Source of the DNA: Octopus sinensis
Lineage: Eukaryota
Direction of reading: 5' to 3'
DNA: 64,000 bases
Assembly (NCBI RefSeq): GCF_006345805.1
Contig: NW_021836300.1
Coordinates: 3,718 to 67,717, forward strand
The notes beneath the pieces were generated by a model, which was not told where the DNA came from, searched no databases, and was given only the letters and a program-made list of their open reading frames with translations. The position numbers were made by a program, and so were the translations under genes. Positions 39,142 to 51,726 of this stretch are shown in pieces; within the stretch, counting starts at the first letter, position 1; each line of letters opens with the position of its first letter.

Positions 39142-42100
39142 ATATATATGTGTGTGTGTGTGTTTGTGTGTCTGTGTTTGTCCCCCTAGCATTGCTTGAC
39201 AACCGATGCTGGCATGTTTACGTTCCTGTCACTTAGCGGTTCGGCAAAAGAGACCGATAGAGTAAGTACTGGGCTTACAAAGAATAAGTCCTGGAGTCGA
39301 TTTGCTCGACAAAAGGCGGTGCTCCAGCATGGCCGCAGTCAAATGACTGAAACAAGTAAAAGAGAAAAAAGAAAGAGTGTATTTCAACAGAAATATCCCA
39401 GTCTTATAAATTTAGCTTTCAGATATTTCCATTATGTTTGTCTTAAATCTTCTGATACAAAATTATGTTAATTAATGTTCCCAAAACTAACTTAATTAAT
39501 GATAGTTATTTTACTAAAATCTTCATTATTTTAAAAATTTATTGAAACAAACTCAGTTTATTTCAACAGAAATATCCTATAGTCTTAATATCTATTTCAC
39601 TACTGGTACTTAATTTATCGACCCCGAAAGGATGAAAGGCAAAGTCGATCTCGGCGGAATTTGAACTCAGAACGTAACGGCAGACGAAATACGGCTACGC
39701 ATTTCGCCCGTCCTGCTAACGTTTCTGCCAGCTCACCGCCTTATATGTTATATATAAATTATTATTATTATTATTATTATTATATGTTAATTTATATAGT
39801 CTTAATAATAATAATAATAATAATATATCATTAGCTTCCACCATACTTGTTTTAGCCCATTTGCTATTCTTTTCTACTCTAAGCTCAAGGCTCAAACTTT
39901 TTAGGGGGGATGGTGGTCCAGTTGATTAGATCAATTGGAGTACGCAACTGGTACTTAATTTATCGACCCCAAAAGGATGAAAGCAAAGTTGGCCTTGGCA
40001 GAATTCCAACTCGGAACATAAAGACAGATGAAGCATTTCGCCTGGCGTGCTAATGTTTCTTATTTCTTTATTGCTCACAAGGAGCTAAACGTAGAGGGGA
40101 CAAACAAGGACAGACAAAGGGATTAAGTCGATTACATCGACCCCAGTGCGTAACTGGTACTTAATTTATTGACCCCAAAAGGATGAAAGGCAAAGTCGAC
40201 CTCGGCGGAATTTGAACTCAGAATGTAACGGCAGACGAAATACCTATTTCTTTACTACCCACAAGGGGCTAAACACAGAGAGGACAAACAAGGACAGACA
40301 AAGGGATTAAGTCGATTACATCGACCCCAGTGCGTAACTGGTACTTAATTTATTGACCCCAAAAGGATGAAAGGCAAAGTCGACCTCGGCGGAATTTGAA
40401 CTCAGAATGTAACGGCAGACGAAATACCTATTTCTTTACTACCCACAAGGGGCTAAACACAGAGAGGACAAACAAGGACAGACAAACAGATTAAGTCGAT
40501 TATATCGACCCCAGTGCGTAACTGGTACTTATTTAATCGACCCTGAAAGGATGAAAGGCATAGTCGATCTCGGCAGAATTTGAACTCAGAATGTAATGGC
40601 AGACGAAATACCGCCAAGCATTTCACCTGGCGTGCTAACGATTCTGCCAGCTTACTACCTTAGCCCTACAATGTCCTTGACTCTATGATACAAACATCAG
40701 TTTCAAAGTGGTTTCAATTAAAATCTCCCATGAAAATTTCATGTTAATTTATGTTCTAAATACAATGTTAAATATCAATGACAAAACTTATTTTTAGCTT
40801 CTAGATCATTCCATCGTGTTTGTTTCAGCCCATTTGATACCGACCCAACCCAACTGAGACCACCCTTGGTTGTATGATACAACCTTCCTGTTTTAAAGTG
40901 ATCCAGCTTAAAAAAAACCTGGCAGCAAAACTTTATATTAATTCATGTTCCAAACACAAGCTTAAATATTAATGATGCAATTATTTTATTAATCAGACAC
41001 GCACTATATATTCGTTCTTCACTCATTTACTATTGTTCTATTTTATCTTATGTCCATTGTCTGGAAACCTTTCATCACACATCTGTGACCTCTTCAGTAA
41101 CTCTTCCATCAGAACAGGAGGATACACGTAGATGGAAAGGATTGCTGAAGAGGTCACAGATGTGTGATGGAAGATTTCCAGAAAACAGGCGTAAGATAAA
41201 ATCTTTCGTCACACCAGAACAGGACGATACACGTGGATGGAAGAGTCTCTGAAGAAGGCACAGATGTGTGATGAAAGATTTCCAGACGATGGTCATACGA
41301 TAAAATCTTTTGTCACACATTTGTGACCTCTTCAGTGACTTTTCAATCAGAACAGGAGGATACACGTGGATGGAAAGGATTGCTGAAGAGGTCACAGATG
41401 TGTGATGGAAGATTTCCACAGAATAGGCATAAGATAAAATCTTTCATCACATCAGAACAGGAGGACACACGTGGATGGAAGAGTCACTGAAGAAGGCCCA
41501 GATGTGTGATGTAAGATTTCCAGAGAACAGGCGTAAGATAAAATCTTTCGTCACACCAGAACAGGACGATACACATGGATGGAAGAGTCTCTGAAGAAGG
41601 CACAGATGTGTGATGTAAGATTTCCAGAGAACAGACGTAAGATAAAATCTTTCGTCACACCAGAACAGGACGATACACATGGATGGAAGTGTCACTGAAG
41701 AAGTCACAGATGTGTGATGTAAGATTTCCAGAGAACAGGCGTAGGATAAAATCTTTCATCACATCAGAACAAGAGGACACACGTGGATGGAAGAGTCACT
41801 GAAGAAGGCACAGATGTGTGATGAAAGATTTCCAGACAATGGTCATACGATAAAACAAGAACAATAACAAAAAGTGGAGAATAAATATATAGTGTGTGTG
41901 TTTATTTGGCAAGAAAAGAAAAATGGTCATCTGAAATATAACAATATCTGCTTCAACATGATTTCGCATCACAAATCTTGCAAAACAAATTCATAAACGT
42001 ATTTTAATAACTTCGTTTTTCTTAAGATTAATTAAAACAAAGACAGGTATTTCAACAGAACAAAAGGCCCTGAACCTCAAAGATAAGCGAGGGAGAGCAA

Positions 42101-42537
42101 GAGACACACAAAATAAACTGTGAACAAACCAGCAAAAAGCACAAGAAATCAGGGGTGAATATTGCTCCAAAAAAATTACAAGAGCCATGCGAATCGGTGC
42201 ATGTAGGCATGACATACAAAGAAAGAATGGTGGAATGCTAGAATGTATGATTAACAGAATGGTAGAATAGTGGAATGGTAGATTGACAGAATGAACAGAG
42301 GGAGTAATAGAAGTACAAGAGAGAGAGAGAGAGACAGAGAGAGACAGAGAAAGAGAGAGAGAGATAGAAAGGGGTAATCCAGTAAGAATATGAAACAGAT
42401 AGACATGAATACATTTTTAAGACAGGAAGGTATGATCATAGGAGGATCTGACTGTGATTTCTAGCAGACTGAAGGACTGTAACGGGAGGTAACAAAAATG
42501 ATTGATGTTATTCAGTTAATGGTTGATATCAATAACG

Positions 42538-42570
<33 letters not shown>

Positions 42571-43326
42571 TAATAATATAATAATAATAAAAATAATAAT
42601 AATAATCTTTTCTACTCTAACCCTAACCCTAACCCTAACTGGCACTTAATTTATCGATCTCAAATAATTTATCGAATCTACAAGAGCACATTTAGAGTAG
42701 GTCCATTCTTCTCACACTCATCACTTTTCCACAAATTCACTGTGAAAAAGAACACTTGCCTCTCTGCCCTCAATTTGCTTTCCAAGTGGAATTTGAAAAA
42801 CTCAATGAGGGCTTCATTCACCTAATTGCTGTTCTCCAATCAACAGGTGCTGATTTAGAGCAGGTCCATTCACCCTAACCATTCTTGTCATCACAGTCAT
42901 CACTTTTTCAAAAATTCACTAGGAGAGAGAGCATTTCCCTCTCTACTTTCACTTTCCAGTCCGAGTGGAACCTGAAAAACTCAATGAGGGCTTCACCAAA
43001 GAAGAAAGGGTCTTTCTTTAATCCTTTCAGCCTCGTTCCCGACAGAATCTTTTTCCACTATAACCAGCAACACAGAGGAACACTGTCTGCCCTGCTAAGT
43101 GGGCAATGGGTTGATCCTTGCAATGGACTCACAAAATAATCGGATTTGTCATACACACATAGGCGTAGGAGTGACTGTGTGGTAAGTAGCTTGTTTACCA
43201 ACCACATGGTTCTGGGTTCAGTCCCACTGTGTGGCATCTTGGACAAGTGTCTTCTGCTGTAGCCCCGGGCCGACCAATGCCTTGTGAGTGGATTTGGTAG
43301 ACGGAAACTGAAAGAAGCCCGTCGTA

Positions 43327-43371
<45 letters not shown>

Positions 43372-44346
43372 CTGTGTTTGTCCCCCTAGCATTGCTTGAC
43401 AACCGATGCTGGTGTGTTTACGTCCCCGTCACTTAGCGGTTCGGCAAAAAGAGACCGATAGGATAAGTACTAGGCTTACAAAGAGTAAGTCCCGGGGTCG
43501 ATTTGCTCGACTAAAGGCGGTGCTCCAGCATGGCCACAGTCAAAATGACTGAAGCAAGTAAAAAGAGTAAAGGAGTAAAAGAAAAGAAAAGACACGAGTG
43601 CATGCAGCGGCATTCCATCACTCTGGGCAACAACAACAACAACAACAATCCTTTTTACTACAGGCACAAGGCCTGAAATTTGGTGGGGAGGGGAGATGGT
43701 TGATTACATCCCCCCCCCCAATATTCAACTGGTACTTAATTTTATCGACCCCCCCCCGAAGGATGAAAGGCAATGTCGACCGTGGCGGAATTTGAACTCA
43801 GAACACGTAGCGGCAGAGGAAATACCGCTAAGCATTTTGCCCGGCGTGCCAACGTCTCTGCCAGCTCACCACCTTAACAACAACAACAACAACAACAACA
43901 ATAACAGCAACTTCTGATTTCACCAATCTTTAAAGGAGGGGGTGGGGATAACCGAGAACATTGGCCACAACAACTACTTCTACTACATCTACTACTACTA
44001 CAACTACTACTACTACAACTACTACTTCTACTACTACTACTACTACAACAACTACTACTACTATACTACTACTACTACTACAACGAATAATAATAATAAT
44101 AATAATAATTTCTTTAATTTCTTTAGTTTATTTAGTAGAATGGGGAGAGAAATGGAGAGAGAGAGAGAGATTAAGAAAAAAGAAAGAGAGAATCACACAG
44201 GCAAAGTGTCTCAGGGCAGACTAAGAGACAGAGAGATGAGGAAATATAGAAAGTAAAGAGAAAAAAAGAGAGATAAAGAGAAATAGAGGGTGAGAGAAAG
44301 AGAGGGTAAGATAGAGAGAGAAAGAGAAATAGAAAGAAATAGAGAC

Positions 44347-44411
<65 letters not shown>

Positions 44412-44546
44412 AAGAAATATATATATATATATAGAGAGAAATAGAGATAGATAGACAAATAAATAGAGAGAGAGAGAGAGAGAAAGAAAGAAACAGAAAA
44501 AGATAGATAGAGAGAGAGAGAGAAATAGAGATAGATAGACAATTAA

Positions 44547-44595
<49 letters not shown>

Positions 44596-47500
44596 AAGAA
44601 CAGAAAGAGAGAGATAGAGAGAGAGAGAGAGAAATAGAGATAGATAGACAATTAAATAGAGAAGAGAGAGAGAGAGAGAGAGAGAAAGAAACAGAAAGAG
44701 AGAGAGAGAGAGAGAGAGAGAATAGAAATAGATAGACAAATAAATAGAGAGAGAGAGAAAGAGTGAGTGCGTGCATGAATAAAGCATGCAGATTTAGTAG
44801 AATGCTATTGGTAAATGTTCCCTTACCTGTTGGCGTCAGAGGCAATTTCTTCTCTCTTGGCTTGCAGACGGCCATACAGGTGTCCATGGAAGGGAACCTG
44901 TTGGCATTTCCTCCACACCCTCCGTAGACAAACCTCTCACACATTTTGGTGTCTTTATTGTAAGAGTAGTGGGGCATGTAGGCGTAGCACAGGCCCGGTT
45001 CAGCAGGCATCTGGCAGAGAACTGGTGACGGGGGGGATAAATGAAAAATACAGTGAGCGAGGACAAGTGTGAGTGCGAGTGAGCGAAGACAAGTTTGAGT
45101 GAGAGTGAGTGTGAGTGATGGGTTGTAGATGGACAGAGACAGACAAAAAGAAAGAAAAACTAACTCCAAACATGGTTCACTCACACACAATATATACATA
45201 TATGCATACATACGTTTTTTCACTTCCCTGAAGAGAAGATTGCATTGTTTTATACCATTTATTCTTTTGAATAATATCAGTGAAATCTTCGAAACGTGTG
45301 TCGGAAGTAAAAGTATTTGATTTATACCTGCGTTAAACTCTATTTATTTATATATATATATCACGTGATCACGTGACTGACCAGACCATCAGATGTAGTT
45401 ACACATCGCTGGTCACAATGCATTGTTTTAGCCTTCAAATGACACCACCCAGCTGGCTAAGCGAGCAGGCCAACAGAAGAAAGAGTGAGAGAAAGTTGCA
45501 GCAAAAGAGTACAGCAGGGATCACCACCTAGAAAATTATTTTATCTGCTAAAAAAAGTCAGAAACCATGGTCCAGGAGATAGATGGACACCACCCAGCTG
45601 GCTAAGCGAGCAGGCCAACAGAAGAAAGAGTGAGAGAAAGTTGCAGCAAAAGAGTACAGCAGGGATCACCACCTAGAAAATTATTTTATCTGCTAAAAAA
45701 AGTCAGAAACAATGGTCCAGGAGATAGATGGTAAATGTTTTTATTTTTCATTCCCTTCGAAGTTTTATCCCTAATACATATATATCATGTGACTGACAAT
45801 GCTATCAGTGGTTTGGACTTTGGCTGTTCCTTCTAGCGAGCCAGGAATCCTTTGACGGATACCTCTTATGTGTTTAAATGTACACTGTATTTATATGAAA
45901 ATATATAGTCTATTGACTTATTTTTCTACACGCTAGGCCACTGTAGTAAAAAATTTCTAAAATTTTTCCTACCTTGATATTTATTAATATATGGTGGTGA
46001 CCCCCTTCGGTCAGACACTCACCATGGGTTTGCACCTAGAGAGTTACCCTCTGAGGCACAAGTCTGGGCAAGGTTGTTTTTTATGGAAGACCAGCAGTCG
46101 CCCATGCATACCGCCTCCTCTCTCCATGCCACCAGTGTTATCCAAGGGAAAGGCAAAGGGGCCGTTACAGCTTGGCACCTGTGACGTCGCAACTCATTTC
46201 TACAGCTGAGTGAACTGGAGCAACGTGAAATAAAGTGTCTTGCTCAAGAACACAACACGCAGCCCGGTCCAGGATTCGAGCACACAACCTCACGATCGTA
46301 AGCTCGACGCTCTAACCACTGAGCCACTATTGATATATATATCCCTATATATAAAACTGAAATGCGTTTTTACCGCTTGGTTCGCTTTCAATGCCACTAC
46401 ATCCCGTCCGATTTGCTCCAAAATTTACACGGACATGTAGAATGAGGTGACGATGCGCGTGGGCTACCTTAGAAATCCCTATCTTAAAAGCTGTGGTTTC
46501 TAGGGGCCATCTTCCTACCTCACCCTATTTCCTCCAGTACTCTGTCACTCCTCTTCATTTATAACTTTCAGAAGTCCACTACCGTTATTTAAAGTATCTG
46601 TCACTATCGCTATTTCCTTTCTTTTTCACTGACTCTGTTTCCTACCTTCCTATCACTTCGGCGGCGTTCTTTTAAGTATATGTCTGTCACCAACAATCAA
46701 CACACGAGCATGAGAACAAATATTATGAATCAGATATTCTTGCGTTCATTTATATGTGTGTGTGTGTGTGTGTTCTATATATAAATATGTATATATAATG
46801 TATGTGTGTGTGTGTGTGTGTTCTATATATATAAATATGTATATATATGTATGTGTGTGTGTGTGTTCTATATATAAATATGTATATATAATGTATATAT
46901 ACAAAGTGTATATATCTGGTTATGTATATTAAACTTTTCATACTTTTTCATAGTTATATATATTTTTAAACAAATTATAAATATAATTTCATAATTTTTA
47001 TTTTCAATTTAAATAATTTAAAGTTTTCAATTTTATATTTTACAAGCAGTAGTATCGCCCGGCGTTGCTCGGGTTTGTAAGGGAAATAACTATATAAGCA
47101 GTTTTAGTGAGTTATAGCAAAAAAATAGCAAAAAATGCATTAAAGATGGAATAAAAAATGATAGTAATTTCTTTTTTAAATCGTTGACTCATCGTAGACA
47201 TTTTTACAGAGTTACTTCCCTTATATAATAGCGAAAAATGCATTAAAATGGAATAAAAAAATTATGGTAATTTTTCTTTTAATCGTTGACTCATCGTAGA
47301 CATTTTTAGAGAGTTACTTCCCTTATATAATAGCGGAAAAAATGCATTAAAATGGAAAATAATGATGGTAAATTATTTTTAAAATCGTAGACTCATCGTA
47401 GACGTGCGCTAATACCCAGAAGGGCTCGATATGAATCACGACTATAAGATACCCGGTTTTGGTTACACTGCACCGCAAAATGTGGGAGTAGTTAGGAATC

Positions 47501-50500
47501 TAAATCGTAGGAGACAGACACACAACTTCACTTTTATATATAAAGATTTGTGCAACAACTAAAACATTCGGTTGTGCAAATTGTTTGCACAGGAAACCTG
47601 CCCTGTGTGGCGGTTTTTGCCGTTTTTGTGGATCTGTTTCAGCTTTTTTAGCGATTTCTGTTTTGGCGACTTCAAGCCATGAAGTCGTTGTTCTAAAAGA
47701 ACGCTGGTCTCCTTCACAACGCATTACGACGTTGATTCCTTACACTCCTTTCCCCACAGCTTCACGAGGGAGGGAGAAGGGGGGGAAGAAGCAACACAGG
47801 TGCAGGCGTGAGCGTGGACGCCAACTCCGCCGCCATCGACACACGAAAAAATATGCATTAAAATGGAATAAAAAAATGATGTTAAATTATTTTTAAAATC
47901 GTAGACTCATCGTTGACGCGCGCTAATACCCAGACGGGCTCGATATGAATCACGACTAAGATACCCGAATTTGTTAAACTGCACCGCAAAATTTGGGAGT
48001 AGTTAGGAATCTAAATCGAAGGGGACAGACACTCACACAACTACAGTTTTATATATATAGATATATTTTCTATGTTATATTTTCTTTTTTTATGTTTTTG
48101 TTTTTGGTTTTTCACTGTTTGATTTGCCTATTAGTGGTTTTATCTCTAATTTAATTTATACAGATATATATCTCATTTGTATACATTTGTATATATAATG
48201 CGTGCACACACACACACACACATATATATATATACACATATATATATGTGTGCATTACGTAGTCAGTCGATTCACCTGAAAATATGCACACCTATGTTAA
48301 AGGTGCTGACAAGTTTACATCACAACTATTTTGTTCCTCAAATGAAAGGCGTCACCTCTAGGACAAAATTCCTCATCTTATAAAATGTGGCCCCAGTACA
48401 CCCGAATGAAATCGGGTTATATTAACCAAAATGTGAAAAGGGGTCTAAATGGGGCTGGAAGGGGATTAAAATTTCAAAGAGGGGTGTTTAGGAATTCTCT
48501 GTTGCATCAAGCTAAAAAATTTGCGCCAGCCTTTTAATCGTCAATGTGTTGCCGTCCATGATAAAGAAGTTTTGAATGCTTGCCATGGTGAGTCTACTGT
48601 CGTGAGAAAGAATCACTTCAAAAATTGTGTGTTTACGAATTTTCTTTTACATCAAGTTCAAAATTTTACGCCAGCCGTTAAACTGTCACTACGTTGCTGT
48701 CCGTCGTTAACAAATGCCAGCCATGGTGACTCTACTGTCCTCAGATTCTATCCCTTCAAACTTTGGTTTCCAATATTTTATTATTTTTATTCAGCTCGCA
48801 AGTTCGTCTGTCCCTTTTGAATGTTAGCGTTTTGCTGTCTGCCTTGAAGCAGACCTTTCCATTGCCACTGCCTCATATTTCTGATTGATCTTTCTAAATA
48901 TTTTATTTCTCAACTTACTCAAGATCTTCTGTTGTTTATAAATGGGAGAGAGATAGATAAAGATAGAGAGTAAGAGAAAGCGAGGGAGAGTCAGAGAGAA
49001 AAGAAAAGTAAGAGAGTGGGAAAGTGAGAGAGAAAGGAGAGAGAAACAAATACGGAGAGAATCATCATCATCATCATCGTTTAACGTCCGTTTTCCGTGC
49101 TAGCACGGTTGGGCAGTGTGACCGGGTCTCGGAAGCCAGGAGGCTGCACCAGGCTCCAGTCTGATCTGGCAGTGTTTCTACAGGTGGATGACCTTCCTAA
49201 CGCCAACCACACTGTGAGTGTAGTGAGTGCTTTTTTGTGCCGACGGCACTGGTGCCAGGGGGGCTCGCAGTGGCAACGATCGGTTGGTGCTTTTTACGTG
49301 CCACCAGCACAGAAGCAAGTCAAGGCGGTGCTGCAATCGGCCACGTTCGGATGGTGCTTTTTACGTGCTGAAAGGAAGCAACAGAAAGTAACACCCACAC
49401 TCTTACCCGCGCGTAGAGCGGGTCACCTTCAGCTAGTATATATATATATATATATATATAAAATACGGTGTACATTTAAACACATTAAGGTTTCCATCAT
49501 AGGACTCCCTTATGCTAGAAGAAACAGCTAAAGTCCAAACCACTGTGGTTGGACTTTAGCTGTTCCTTCTAGCGTAAGGGATTCCTATGATGGAAACCTT
49601 AATGTGTTTAAATGTACACTGTACTATATATATATTATATAGTCTATTGACTCATTTTTCTACACGCTAGGTCACTGGTAGTAAAAATTTCTAAATCTTT
49701 ATTACCTTGACATTATTAATTATATATATATATATGTAGAGAGAGAGAGAGAAGAGAGAAAGACTATAAAAAGTATAGATTATCCTGGTGGATAGCGTAT
49801 CATCTCACAAATTGGTAGTAATGCTGGCTATCCATAATGATCCACACAATCATATAAATGATTATAATTTAAACACTATCTATATAGGGTCAACTTCAAA
49901 TAAAATTAAATTAAGAGTAGCTCAACATATGTATTCTTTTAGGAATAGAAATCTAATTAATTCAACAGGCCTCCGTAAATATATTTGGGAACTTAAATCT
50001 AAATGTATTAAATATAAATTAACTTATGAGATAATTTGTAAGGCAAAATCTTATTGTATAGGGAGTTGTTGGCATCCTTTTTGTCTCGGAGACAATGGAG
50101 TTGCGCATAAAATAATCTAGTCCGGCTTTTACATTTCATGTCCTAATACATTTCCATGCTGTGGCTGTGTAGTCCTATCCTGGACAAACACTCCCTCTAG
50201 TGGCAGGTGCCGCAAATGTAGCGAAGACTTTTCCTGGCTGGTTGTAGTGTCATAGTTTCTTGTTGACGTCTTTTCTTGTCTTTCCATTTCTCCTCTCTCT
50301 CTCTCTGTCACTCCTTTGTATTCCCTCTTTTACGGTACGTCACCAATCTCCACGGTTGATGGCATTTCATGTCCTAATACATTTCCTGCTGTGGCTGTGT
50401 AGTCCTATCCTGGACAAACACTTCCTCTGGCAGGTGCCGCAAATGTAGCGAAGACTTGTCCTGGCTGGTTGTAATGTCATAGTTTCTTGTTGACGTCTTT

Positions 50501-51524
50501 TCTTGTCTTTCCATTTCTCCTCTCTCTCTCTCTCTGTCACTCCTTTGTGTTCCCTCTTTTAAGGTACGTCGCCAATCACCACGGTTGCTGGCAATTGCTT
50601 CCCAGTTGTTAATATTGATGTCGCAGGCCTTCGTGTCCCTTTTGTTTATTGTGTAATAATGAATTTAAGGAAATATTATTTAATAATAATTATGCATTGG
50701 TCAATTCCCTAGATGAGCATAAAATTAAATGCAAACAAAACACGTATAGCCCTTTACTTAATTAAATTGGTATATGTTTTTATTGTATATCTAATTTTTT
50801 TTCTATATGGTATAATTTAATTATATCATTGTTATTTCATTGTTGAATTGGTTCTTCTCTAATTTATATACATATATTATATATTGTGAAATTTGATTTA
50901 ATATTGCTAAATTGAATTTTTCCCTCTAAGTTTGGAATCATATTCCCTAATATTATTATGATATATATATATATATATATATACTTTATTTAAAAGCAGC
51001 AGAAATTCAACAAAACCTGTTACTCTGAGTTTCACGTTCCCGTTCGTCGGACAGTTTTTGGGAACGTGAAACTCAGAGTAACAGGTTTTGTTGAATTTCT
51101 GCTGCTTTTAAATAAAGCATATTACTCTACCCCTGGTATTTGAGTACTCTTTTTTCCACCTTGCTTCACATTTATGTGTTTACTCCGGTATATATATATA
51201 TATCACGTGATCACGTGACCGACCAGACCATCAGATGTTGTTACACATCGCTGGTCACAATGCGTTCGCATGGTTTTAGCCTTCGAATGACGCCACCCCG
51301 CTGGCTAAGCGAGCAGGCCAACAGAAGAAAGAGTGAGAGAAAGAGTGGTGAAAGAGTACAGCAGGGATCACCACCATCCCCTGCCGGAGCCTCGTGGAAC
51401 TTTAGGTGTTTTCGCTCAATAAACACTCACAACGCCCGGTCCGGGAATCGAAACCGTGATCCTACGACCATGAGTCCGCTGCCCTAACCACTGGGCCATT
51501 GCACCTCCACAAAAAAACAATATA

Positions 51525-51572
<48 letters not shown>

Positions 51573-51601
51573 TATATATATATATATATTATATATATAT
51601 A

Positions 51602-51652
<51 letters not shown>

Positions 51653-51684
51653 TATATATATATATATATATATACTATATATAT

Positions 51685-51726
<42 letters not shown>

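Noticed and set aside
42150-42300. Possible eroded 15th Kunitz exon (minus-strand VCHAYMHRF next to a GGAATGG flank like K5 and K6)
   Set aside because: Only about 15-19 nt of similarity, no acceptor, no further Cys pattern and an early stop; needs a sensitive alignment before it can be claimed.
4893-43402. Recurrent ORFs such as [25 protein letters not shown] and [13 protein letters not shown]
   Set aside because: Translations of multi-copy SINEs, not a gene family.
46342-46680. Possible Helitron 5' end (ATCCCTATATATAAAACTG)
   Set aside because: No matching 3' CTAG hairpin found; too weak to list.
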